Virus record (IMG/VR): IMGVR_UViG_3300025584_000018
DNA from: a virus
DNA length: 26,540 bases
Direction: 5' to 3' (one strand)
A program made the translations under genes and the position numbers. Below, in pieces: positions 7,316 through 15,135 of the stretch. The notes beneath the pieces were generated by a model, which saw only the letters and a list, made by a program, of their open reading frames with translations, was not told the DNA's origin and ran no database searches. Positions within the stretch are counted from its first letter, which is position 1. Each line of letters opens with the position of its first letter.

Positions 7316-8066
7316 GTTGTGTTTCTTTTATTCTTTTCTCTGCTATATCACAATACTCACTACTCATCTCACTACCTATCCAATTTCTATTATTTAAAAT
7401 AGCCATCTTTGCTGTTGTTCCACTTCCCATAAAAGGGTCGTAAACAATATCATTTTCATTACTCCAACTTATTATGTGGTCATTCGCTAATTGTTCTGGG
7501 AATTGAGCAACGTGATTAGCTGTATTATAACCGCCAGTGTTATACTTCCAAACATTACCTTTCTGTTTTTTATCTTTGGTTTTTAAAGATGTTTGTGTTT
7601 CTCTTAATCCTATACCAATTTCATTAGTTTTCCTGCTTCTTTTTATTGTTTTGCCAGCGTGAATACAATCAATCATTAAAGGATTAAAAGACTTTGGTTT
7701 TTCTTTACTGAAAACGAACATATATTCAAACTCTTGCTCATATCTTTTATGTGTTAGTGGTATAAAATTTGCTTTTTGGTAAATCATAGTGTCATTCAGC
7801 CTAAATCCACATTCTTTTAAAAATAATGCTTGTTTAAAAGATGTTCCTGTCTCACTTCCTTTTATTGTTGCATCTCCAACAATCCAAACTACTACACCGC
7901 CTTCTTTAGTTACTCTATACAATTCTTTAGCTATGCTTTCAAAATCAAAACTATAACCATTGTACGTCCTTAAATTGTCATAAGGTGGAGATGTTACTGT
8001 TAAGTCAATAAAGTTATCTTCCATTCTTGCCATTGTATCAAGGCAGTCTTCATTATAGAGTTTCAT
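7302..8066 (-). CDS. Orphan DNA methyltransferase 2, beta class, SPPY (probably m4C), 254 aa
   Basis: TSPPY catalytic motif; H..QFPE; DPFMGSGTTA SAM motif. Confidence 0.92.
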   Translation of the reverse strand: MKLYNEDCLDTMARMEDNFIDLTVTSPPYDNLRTYNGYSFDFESIAKELYRVTKEGGVVVWIVGDATIKGSETGTSFKQALFLKECGFRLNDTMIYQKANFIPLTHKRYEQEFEYMFVFSKEKPKSFNPLMIDCIHAGKTIKRSRKTNEIGIGLRETQTSLKTKDKKQKGNVWKYNTGGYNTANHVAQFPEQLANDHIISWSNENDIVYDPFMGSGTTAKMAILNNRNWIGSEMSSEYCDIAEKRIKETQQRLF

Positions 8067-8091
8067 TTTATTTCTCCTTAAAATAATCTTT
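8064..8091 (-). repeat. 28-bp junction module, copy C
   Basis: Identical to copy A. Confidence 0.95.
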
Positions 8092-9031
8092 GTTGTGTAG
8101 TATGTTTTTCAATTCGCTTTTTAGCTATCTCAAAATAATCTTTGTCTATTTCAATCCCTATAAAGTCTCTATTCAAGTTTTTACAAGCTACTCCTGTTGT
8201 TCCACTTCCCATTGTTAAATCAACTACTGAATCATTTTCATTGCTAAAAGTCTTCATCAAATCTTCAAGCAACAATACAGGCTTTTGCGTTGGATGGTAA
8301 CCGTCATAATCCTTTTTGTATTTTAAAATATTTGATTTGTATTTTTTACCTTCCCATAGGTTAAAGGTGCTTGCGAACCTTTTAAAACAATTAAAATGTA
8401 TTTCCTTTAACTCTTGGTATTCCCTATTAAAAAAACCAGTTACTTCTCTTAATTTTAAATAATGTTTTTCAGGTATCATTGATGGTTGCAATGAACTACA
8501 CCAATGGTAAGCGGCTCCACCGTGTCCTTTTGTATTTAATCCACAAACACCACACATTTCATCAAGTGTTAGTTTTGCTTTTTTACGTTCTATATTTAAG
8601 TATTCTCTATAACTATCATCTTCACCATAAGTTCCGTGAGAGCCTTTGCTAAAAACTAAAACATCTTCATAATAATTTAAAGGTGCTTTTTTAGCTGTTA
8701 AAGCATTTGCAAAATGGTCTTTCTCCCATATCATACTATAATTAAATGGTAAGTTTGGCAGTGCTTTATTTATTAATTCATTTGTAAATGGTTGCTGTGC
8801 TGTTAATATCATTTTGCCGTTTTTTCTTAAAATACGATTTGCGATTTCCATTATTTTATTAATATCAATAACACTATCCCATTCAGTTTTCCCTTTCATT
8901 CCATGATTTATGCTTTCACTATTTCCTAACCCTTTAACAGTTCCATAAGGTAAATCAGTCAATATTAAATCAACACTTCCATCTTTTATATGCTTGTGTT
9001 GTTCTAAACAGTCACCTTTATAGAGTTTCAT
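8078..9031 (-). CDS. Orphan DNA methyltransferase 3, beta class, DLPY, 317 aa
   Basis: TDLPY, HPTQKP, DLTMGSGTTG, FIGIE; central insert of about 90 aa. Confidence 0.92.
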   Translation of the reverse strand: MKLYKGDCLEQHKHIKDGSVDLILTDLPYGTVKGLGNSESINHGMKGKTEWDSVIDINKIMEIANRILRKNGKMILTAQQPFTNELINKALPNLPFNYSMIWEKDHFANALTAKKAPLNYYEDVLVFSKGSHGTYGEDDSYREYLNIERKKAKLTLDEMCGVCGLNTKGHGGAAYHWCSSLQPSMIPEKHYLKLREVTGFFNREYQELKEIHFNCFKRFASTFNLWEGKKYKSNILKYKKDYDGYHPTQKPVLLLEDLMKTFSNENDSVVDLTMGSGTTGVACKNLNRDFIGIEIDKDYFEIAKKRIEKHTTQQRLF

Positions 9032-9046
9032 TTTATTTCTCCTTTG

Positions 9047-9142
9047 TTAAATTGTTCCGTAAACAATACTAACAACAATTATTACCGTGATTGCTATTAA
9101 TCCAAAAACAAATACTATATTATCATCAAGTTCAATCTTCAT
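9047..9142 (-). CDS. 31-aa single-TM peptide inside the MTase array (not in ORF track)
   Basis: Junction copy D supplies RBS and ATG; MKIELDDNIVFVFGLIAITVIIVVSIVYGTI. Confidence 0.7.
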   Translation of the reverse strand: MKIELDDNIVFVFGLIAITVIIVVSIVYGTI

Positions 9143-9167
9143 TTTATTTTTCCTTAAAATAATCTTT
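9140..9167 (-). repeat. 28-bp junction module, copy D
   Basis: One mismatch (AAGGAA versus AAGGAG). Confidence 0.93.
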
Positions 9168-10086
9168 CTTGTTTAGTATGTTTTTCAATTCTTTCTTCTG
9201 CAATTTTAAAATAGTTTTCATCTAATTCAATACCTATAAAATCACGATTTGTATTCATACAAGCAACTCCTGTACTTCCACTACCCATTGTTAAATCAAC
9301 TACTAAATCGTTTTCATTACTAAATGTCTTAATCAAATCTTCAAGCAACAATACAGGCTTTTGCGTTGGATGGTAACCGTCATAATCCTTTTTGTATTTT
9401 AGTATATTGCTTTTGTATTTGTTGCCTTCCCATAAGTTAAATGTACTTGTATGTCTTTCATTTATCTTTTCAAGCTCACTGTAATTTAAAAATCCATCCA
9501 TATTATTAATTCGGTATTCTGTAATTAAAGCTAAGTATGTTTCTTTTTTGCAAAGTTCAAATTGTGAGCTTTTTATTCTAAAAACGTGGTCAGCTCTTTG
9601 TCCTATTGCCTCAATTACATTTTTCTTTTTAAGTCCAATAAAAGAAAGCACGTTACCAAAATACGTTCTAAGTGGGTGCAAGTTTTCAACATCATACTTT
9701 TTGCTAAAAACTAAAACATCTTCAATATAACTTACAGGTGCTTTATTTGACACTAAACAATTTGCAAAGTGCATTTTATCCCAGTACATATTATAGCTAT
9801 GAGGTAAGTTAGGAATAGCTTTTGATATTAATTCAGTTGTAAAAGGTTGGTTAGCTGTTAAAATCATCTTGCCATTTTTTCTTAATATCCTATTGGCTAT
9901 CTGCATGACTTGATCGGTATCAATAGTAATATCCCACTCAGAAACATTATATTTTTTTTCTTTTGCTACCCTGCTATTACCCAACCCTTTAACCGTTCCA
10001 TAAGGCAAGTCCGTAAGCACCAAATCTACACTTCCATCTTTTATATGCTTGTGTTGTTCTAAACAGTCACCTTTATAGAGTTTCAT
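9154..10086 (-). CDS. Orphan DNA methyltransferase 4, beta class, DLPY, 310 aa; paralog of MTase 3
   Basis: Start corrected to MKLYKGDC (AAGGA RBS); near-identical N- and C-terminal blocks to MTase 3 with an unrelated central insert. Confidence 0.92.
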   Translation of the reverse strand: MKLYKGDCLEQHKHIKDGSVDLVLTDLPYGTVKGLGNSRVAKEKKYNVSEWDITIDTDQVMQIANRILRKNGKMILTANQPFTTELISKAIPNLPHSYNMYWDKMHFANCLVSNKAPVSYIEDVLVFSKKYDVENLHPLRTYFGNVLSFIGLKKKNVIEAIGQRADHVFRIKSSQFELCKKETYLALITEYRINNMDGFLNYSELEKINERHTSTFNLWEGNKYKSNILKYKKDYDGYHPTQKPVLLLEDLIKTFSNENDLVVDLTMGSGSTGVACMNTNRDFIGIELDENYFKIAEERIEKHTKQERLF

Positions 10087-10087
10087 T

Positions 10088-10273
10088 TTATTTTTCCTTA
10101 AATGTTTTAAGTTTTCCATTTTGAGCTGAATACCATTTGTTCATATACCTAAATTCAAATCCTTTATCTCTCATACAAATAGCAATTTCTTCACCATGTT
10201 TAGTTTTTAAAACAACTCCGTTATAAATCTCTTGCAGGATTATTGTGCCTTTTTTGTCTGTTGTTACTTTCAT
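10088..10273 (-). CDS. Hypothetical protein (61 aa; start MKVTTDKK)
   Basis: GGAGAAATAAA-ATG at 10273. Confidence 0.75.
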   Translation of the reverse strand: MKVTTDKKGTIILQEIYNGVVLKTKHGEEIAICMRDKGFEFRYMNKWYSAQNGKLKTFKEK

Positions 10274-10398
10274 TTTATTTCTCCAAACTTTTCTTCTAAC
10301 CACATTGTACATTCTGGACAGTAGTATGAATCGTGTTTTTCATTATACCACGACACTTTGTGCTCTTTACATAAATTTATATTGTGTTTATGTTTCAT
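10270..10398 (-). CDS. Small Cys/His protein (42 aa, not in ORF track)
   Basis: MKHKHNINLCKEHKVSWYNEKHDSYYCPECTMWLEEKFGEIK; CxxH...CxxC; coupled at both ends. Confidence 0.65.
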   Translation of the reverse strand: MKHKHNINLCKEHKVSWYNEKHDSYYCPECTMWLEEKFGEIK

Positions 10399-10923
10399 TT
10401 ACATAAACCTCTGCTGTGTTTCTCTTTTTCTATTATACTCTTTATACATTCCATTACAATCTTCTAAGTTGTTTTTTGTTGGTGGACAATTACGAATTGA
10501 ATCAGTATATTCTTGAGTTGTGTATTTTCTCGGGTATAATTGATGACGGATATGATGCCTCATATTATCCACGAACTCTTTTTGCCTATTCTTTCTCTCG
10601 GAATCTGTAACTGATGTTTCTTTGATTAGTTTCCATAACTTATTTAATTTTCTTCCTATTGGATGCCTCTCTAAATCTGGCATATCACCGTCCATTAGAT
10701 AAATCAATTCATTCTTTACATCAAGCTTAGTTTCAAGACTTTCTAATTTACTTAGTTCTATTAAACCAGATCGTGTACGTCTATCGTTAGTTTTCTGTCG
10801 CGTCAGGCGAACCATATTTGTATCATCAATATTAGTGTAGTGAGCATAGTTATCAAAAAAATTACTCTTTTCTAATTCTTCTAACGCGTCGTGGACAAAT
10901 GGTTGCATATAAACATCACTCAT
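10399..10923 (-). CDS. Hypothetical protein (174 aa) ending TQQRFM
   Basis: ORF track. Confidence 0.8.
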   Translation of the reverse strand: MSDVYMQPFVHDALEELEKSNFFDNYAHYTNIDDTNMVRLTRQKTNDRRTRSGLIELSKLESLETKLDVKNELIYLMDGDMPDLERHPIGRKLNKLWKLIKETSVTDSERKNRQKEFVDNMRHHIRHQLYPRKYTTQEYTDSIRNCPPTKNNLEDCNGMYKEYNRKRETQQRFM

Positions 10924-11338
10924 ATTTTTTACGATTTTCTATCCATTGTTCTAAATTCATAACCGGTTCGTCAGTATTCCATAAAGATTCTGATATCAAT
11001 TCTTTTACTGGTCTATTTTCGTTACCAAATCTTGCGGACATTTCATCATTTACATATAATGTAGTATCTAAACATTCTGCAATTTCCTTTAGAGTATCAC
11101 CATCAATAGTAATCGAAACGTCGCCATGCCACACTTTCCCATATTCTGGCATCACTACATTTGCATTAAACACAATTAAGTCTACTGGATGCTCTTGATG
11201 ATAGTGTGATTTAGAACCTCCAATCATTCGACCATAGAAGAAGTTATGTGCTTCAAATATCTTTTGAATATCTTGAATAGTTGTAGGTGGTTTCCAATCA
11301 CTTGGATAAAGTCCTGGGTCTTTTTTGATGTTAGTCAT
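10916..11338 (-). CDS. Conserved phage hypothetical protein (140 aa)
   Basis: GRMIGGSKS.Y...VFNANV...KVWHGD...LYV.DE..ARF pattern recognised from a phage family of unknown function. Confidence 0.8.
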   Translation of the reverse strand: MTNIKKDPGLYPSDWKPPTTIQDIQKIFEAHNFFYGRMIGGSKSHYHQEHPVDLIVFNANVVMPEYGKVWHGDVSITIDGDTLKEIAECLDTTLYVNDEMSARFGNENRPVKELISESLWNTDEPVMNLEQWIENRKKYE

Positions 11339-11495
11339 TACTTAGCACGTCACTATCAGGAACATTAAAAGTAACAAAACGATTTGAAATTCCATCTTGT
11401 CTTGTCAGTGATACAGTATAACTATTTTTTACTAATGCTATAATCAAAGCATCCATAGTACTTTCATCTACTATTTGTATATTAATTGTTTTCAT
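11331..11495 (-). CDS. Hypothetical protein (54 aa, not in ORF track)
   Basis: GGGAG RBS; MKTINIQIVDESTMDALIIALVKNSYTVSLTRQDGISNRFVTFNVPDSDVLSND. Confidence 0.7.
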   Translation of the reverse strand: MKTINIQIVDESTMDALIIALVKNSYTVSLTRQDGISNRFVTFNVPDSDVLSND

Positions 11496-11516
11496 TTAAA
11501 ACTCCCTTGTTGTATA

Positions 11517-11951
11517 TTAACTGTTTTCATTTAATACTTCCTTGACTTCCATGAAGAAATCATTGTCATCGTTTTTAACTAACCACACATTCTCAAATAA
11601 ATAGAGATAGTCCCCCCATGACTTATCAAAATAATCTAACATTGTTTCCAAGTTAGAAAATTCATTTATTTCTAAATCATCACCTCTGTCTCTATGATAT
11701 GCCATTGTAACATCTTTCAATTCAATTTCATTTCCTCTTATTGGGAATGTTTTAAAATTATTTTGTGTTTCAATGTCGTCTCGTAAGTATGATAATGATC
11801 CGAGTTTAAGTAACTTATCTACTTTATTTTCATCAGTAAAACTATCTACTAATGTTTGTCCAACCCCTTCTGGATACCCGTCGAAATGACAATATACTGC
11901 CTTGAATGTTTCGTCTGGTTGTTTCTTTGCTATATATGACCGAGTGCTCAT
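11517..11951 (-). CDS. Conserved phage hypothetical protein (144 aa)
   Basis: MSTRSYI...VYCHFDGYPEGVGQTL...KVDKLLKLGSLSYL pattern recognised from a widespread phage family. Confidence 0.85.
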   Translation of the reverse strand: MSTRSYIAKKQPDETFKAVYCHFDGYPEGVGQTLVDSFTDENKVDKLLKLGSLSYLRDDIETQNNFKTFPIRGNEIELKDVTMAYHRDRGDDLEINEFSNLETMLDYFDKSWGDYLYLFENVWLVKNDDNDFFMEVKEVLNENS

Positions 11952-12015
11952 TTTTTATTCCTCATTTGTTGCCTTAATATACTACGAAAAATCGTAAAAG
12001 TCAAGCTTTATTTTT
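11952..12015 (-). repeat. 64-bp promoter/RBS cassette, copy 1 (identical copy at 26224-26287)
   Basis: Contains TTGACT-N17-TATATT (12004-11976), TACGA-N4-TCGTA inverted repeat in the spacer, and GAGGA RBS. Confidence 0.97.
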
Positions 12016-12017
12016 AA

Positions 12018-12278
12018 TTAAATTCTATTGTGATTATTACAACATTCAACATCACAATAATTATATAGTTGTATTTTACTTTTACCCTTTAAGTCCGACC
12101 TATCTATTTTAATATCAGACTTTCTATATATTGGCATTTCTTCAAATGATCCAAGAGGTGGAACTACGTGGCATACTAATGGATTAGTTGCCATCTTTCC
12201 ACAATTATGACATTTTCGTTTTATTGGTGATTTTATTTTCTTCTTCAAGTGATTGGACCTCCAGTATAAATTTCCCAT
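12018..12278 (-). CDS. Small Zn-binding hypothetical protein (86 aa)
   Basis: CHNC...YCDVECC. Confidence 0.7.
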   Translation of the reverse strand: MGNLYWRSNHLKKKIKSPIKRKCHNCGKMATNPLVCHVVPPLGSFEEMPIYRKSDIKIDRSDLKGKSKIQLYNYCDVECCNNHNRI

Positions 12279-12308
12279 TTTCCACTATCTATAAGCGGTT
12301 TAGCTTTT

Positions 12309-13244
12309 TTAATATTTTTCAAACGTCAAATCTCTTTCTCTAATTCTATAAAAATCACAATTTAATACTTCTTTTATTTCATTCATACGCTCAATATCTT
12401 TTTTCTTTAACTTGCCATTAAAATAATGGTTATCTTCATCCCATTCTATCACTATATTATATATCGATTCATAATAATCCACAAAATATCCAGCTACCTT
12501 TTTCTCTCCGCCATTCATTGCATGTTGTCCATTCCATCCATTATATTTATTTAACCAATCAAAGTACTCGCAAGCAACTTTATTAAAACCAATAATGCTT
12601 CCGGTTAATCCAATTCTTTCAATAACAGCTTCTCGTTTATTTAACCTATTTAATTTACCTTCGTCAGTTTGATAAAATTTAAGTAATGATTTTCTTATTT
12701 TATCTTTAACATCTTTTCTACAAGATGGATTTTTATATCCTGCAAATCTTCCTTTATTGGCATTGCTAATTTTTTCACAGGTTTCTTCTGTTACTTCTCT
12801 ATTAGAATTTCCATCAGCAGTTAATTGTGAATATTCACTACAAACAACCGGCGCGTTTGGAAATTTATTTTTATATTCTTGAAATGTTATATTGTGAGTA
12901 TCTAAATGTCTAAAATGTATTTGTCTTAGTTTTTTCCCACATATTTGACATTTCATATAATCAATATTTTCAATACCTGATAGAAGTTTCCATTTTCTTT
13001 TGTCTAAATTTCTATTATCTATACCACGACACTTAATAGAACAATAATATTTATATCCAGTTCCTATATTTTTAAATTGAGTTTTATTACTACATTCGTC
13101 TCTACTACATAATATTTCATTATCATTTTCTGCCATGAAATTTTGATAATAAGTCTCGTGAGATATATTAGGGTGATTTTTTGATAGATGTCGTGATAAC
13201 CACATCATTGTTTTAAAACTTTTATTACAAATTTGACATTTCAT
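12309..13244 (-). mobile_element. Free-standing homing-endonuclease-like gene (311 aa): Zn-finger repeats, NUMOD3-like segment, Vsr/EDxHD-like nuclease
   Basis: Start at AAGGAGAAATAAA-ATG (MKCQIC); two CQICxK...H..H fingers; ETCEKISNANKG; YFVDYY...IVIEWDEDNHY...KDIER...CDFYRIRE. Confidence 0.75.
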
Positions 13245-13272
13245 TTTATTTCTCCTTAGTAGATTATTAATG

Positions 13273-13344
13273 TTATAGAACAAGTAATCCTTACTTACTA
13301 AGGTTTCGGGAAACGGTAGCAACTCCGCTGTCCTTGTCCTATAA
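13273..13344 (-). ncRNA. Candidate structured 5' leader (three-way junction) of the endonuclease gene
   Basis: 12-bp closing stem UUAUAGGACAAG/CUUGUUCUAUAA (one G-U) enclosing two hairpins; GC-rich island in AT-rich context; folded by hand. Confidence 0.55.
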
Positions 13345-13354
13345 TAAATATCAT

Positions 13355-13993
13355 TTAATTTAAAATTGTCCATTTTTTGTCATTACCTAAATCATTCATA
13401 ACCTTTTTATATTTTAAATTTTTAATTTCTCCTGTTATATTATTTTTTACTTTTACTTTATCATTTCTTTCGTACATTTTATCATTTTTAAACGGAACTA
13501 TTTTTTTCTCATAATCAAATATTGTTTTTCCGTTAAGATGTGAAATTTCATGTTGTACAGCGATTGCTTCAAGTAACCGTAAATCTTTATCATCTGCATT
13601 TTCTTTTTCCCAAATTCCTTTACCACTGTTTGTTGAAACTCCACTAAAATACCAATTACTTTCTTCTTGTTCTGTATGTACTATAATATTCTTATATCGT
13701 TTGGTGTGTACACCTTTCTTTGGATATGAGAGACATCCCTCATAAAAATCTATTTCGTCCCATTTTTCAATTACTGTTGGGTTGATTAGTATAAGTGGTT
13801 CTCTAACATTTACTACTGCTACTTGAGCGTCTATATTGCACTGTGGGGCTGCCAATCCGATTCCCGATTTATTTTTACTTAAAATCTGGAATAATTCTGT
13901 TGCTATTTTTAACCCATCTTCAACTGAAACTTTTTTGAGTTTCTTATTTATAACCGGATTATGTTCTTTGTTGCAATTAATTATTTTTCGCAT
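13355..13993 (-). CDS. def: Peptide deformylase (212 aa)
   Basis: GIGLAAPQ, EGCLS and QHEISHL (HExxH) motifs. Confidence 0.95.
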   Translation of the reverse strand: MRKIINCNKEHNPVINKKLKKVSVEDGLKIATELFQILSKNKSGIGLAAPQCNIDAQVAVVNVREPLILINPTVIEKWDEIDFYEGCLSYPKKGVHTKRYKNIIVHTEQEESNWYFSGVSTNSGKGIWEKENADDKDLRLLEAIAVQHEISHLNGKTIFDYEKKIVPFKNDKMYERNDKVKVKNNITGEIKNLKYKKVMNDLGNDKKWTILN

Positions 13994-14246
13994 AAACCAT
14001 CCTGTATACCTTATATAATCTGTTACAGTATTTAAAATCTAACTCACTTATATAACCGTCATCCATATAACCATATTCAAGTTTAGTAACATATTTAAAA
14101 TCACTACTCCAATCTCTATCTGTACAATTCAATTCCTTACCTGGTGGTATTTTATACTCACCACCATTAACACGTTTTTTATTGTAGTCCGCCCATTGAA
14201 TCATAGTTGACCGTAAATGTTTAAGTTTTTTTAATACAGTATTCAT
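13977..14246 (-). CDS. Hypothetical protein with CNRLYKVY motif (89 aa)
   Basis: ATG at 14246 overlaps upstream TGA. Confidence 0.75.
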   Translation of the reverse strand: MNTVLKKLKHLRSTMIQWADYNKKRVNGGEYKIPPGKELNCTDRDWSSDFKYVTKLEYGYMDDGYISELDFKYCNRLYKVYRMVYAKNN

Positions 14247-14524
14247 CCCCACGTTTTCTTATTATACAACACTACTTGATATTCCAACAGTCTCCCACAT
14301 TCATCACAGAAAATTGGAGTGATTGATTCAAAATTACTATATTGATTCAATACACGTTCACAATGATTTTCAACTTGTTCCCACTCTTCTGGTACGTTCT
14401 TATTTAGAGTGTGTTGTTCAACACTTTCATCACAACATTTAGTTCGAAATGCATATAGTTCCGCATCGGGATTCTCTTTGGACTTAAAATAATTTCTATC
14501 CATTATTGTAAGTTCGGACATCAT
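14243..14524 (-). CDS. Cys-containing hypothetical protein (93 aa)
   Basis: TKCC...FCDECG. Confidence 0.75.
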   Translation of the reverse strand: MMSELTIMDRNYFKSKENPDAELYAFRTKCCDESVEQHTLNKNVPEEWEQVENHCERVLNQYSNFESITPIFCDECGRLLEYQVVLYNKKTWG

Positions 14525-14769
14525 TTGTCTAATGCCGTTGAATTACCATCTATCACCCAAACTCCACGGAGATATTCTTTAAGTAACCCACTTTCTGCAT
14601 TACGACGTAAAACAAAATCTTCGTGGGTTTCGTTATCTAATCGCTTAGGACCTTTTAATCCTGCAGAGATTTGGTATCGTTCTTCCAGAAATACTTCCTG
14701 ACTCATATACTTTTGACGTGGTGTTCCTTCTCCTGGTTTTGTTATTGGCTTCATTGGTTTTAATGTCAT
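14521..14769 (-). CDS. Hypothetical protein (82 aa)
   Basis: GGAGAAATAAA-ATG. Confidence 0.8.
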   Translation of the reverse strand: MTLKPMKPITKPGEGTPRQKYMSQEVFLEERYQISAGLKGPKRLDNETHEDFVLRRNAESGLLKEYLRGVWVIDGNSTALDK

Positions 14770-14909
14770 TTTATTTCTCCCATCTTTTTTCTGTAAAGTT
14801 CAGCGTCAGGATCATCTTTTGCCCAGAATTTAGTTCCATCCTTTAACTCATACTGTTTATAATTATGAGCTATATGAAACGGTGTATCTTTTTTCTTTTT
14901 TCTTGCCAT
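14766..14909 (-). CDS. Small basic protein (47 aa, not in ORF track)
   Basis: MARKKKKDTPFHIAHNYKQYELKDGTKFWAKDDPDAELYRKKMGEIK; TAATG and ATGA coupling. Confidence 0.7.
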   Translation of the reverse strand: MARKKKKDTPFHIAHNYKQYELKDGTKFWAKDDPDAELYRKKMGEIK

Positions 14910-15133
14910 TATTTTATTGCCTCTGTTAATTTAATACCTGCATTAAAACCCATATTATAAGCATTATCTATTTTAGATTCTATACCAGTATCTATTATAT
15001 TCCACCATAACATTGCTGATACTATCCACATCCACGTTGATATTTTTAATCCAAACATAGTACTGGACATCTGTTCATTCATCCACATTGTAACAGTATT
15101 AAATGGTTTTATAACCCAATTCATTAATTCCAT
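14909..15133 (-). CDS. Putative membrane protein (74 aa)
   Basis: Hydrophobic FGLKISTWMWIVSAMLWWNII. Confidence 0.7.
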   Translation of the reverse strand: MELMNWVIKPFNTVTMWMNEQMSSTMFGLKISTWMWIVSAMLWWNIIDTGIESKIDNAYNMGFNAGIKLTEAIK

Positions 15134-15135
15134 AT

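Noticed and set aside
6596-9167. Four 28-bp repeats as a CRISPR array
   Set aside because: Spacing is 690-1080 bp with whole genes between copies; repeats are stop/RBS junctions; no cas genes
13273-13344. Hammerhead or HDV-like ribozyme (GAAA next to a stem; UUCCCG)
   Set aside because: No CUGANGA core, no U after stem III, and no P1/P2 pseudoknot partners for an HDV fold
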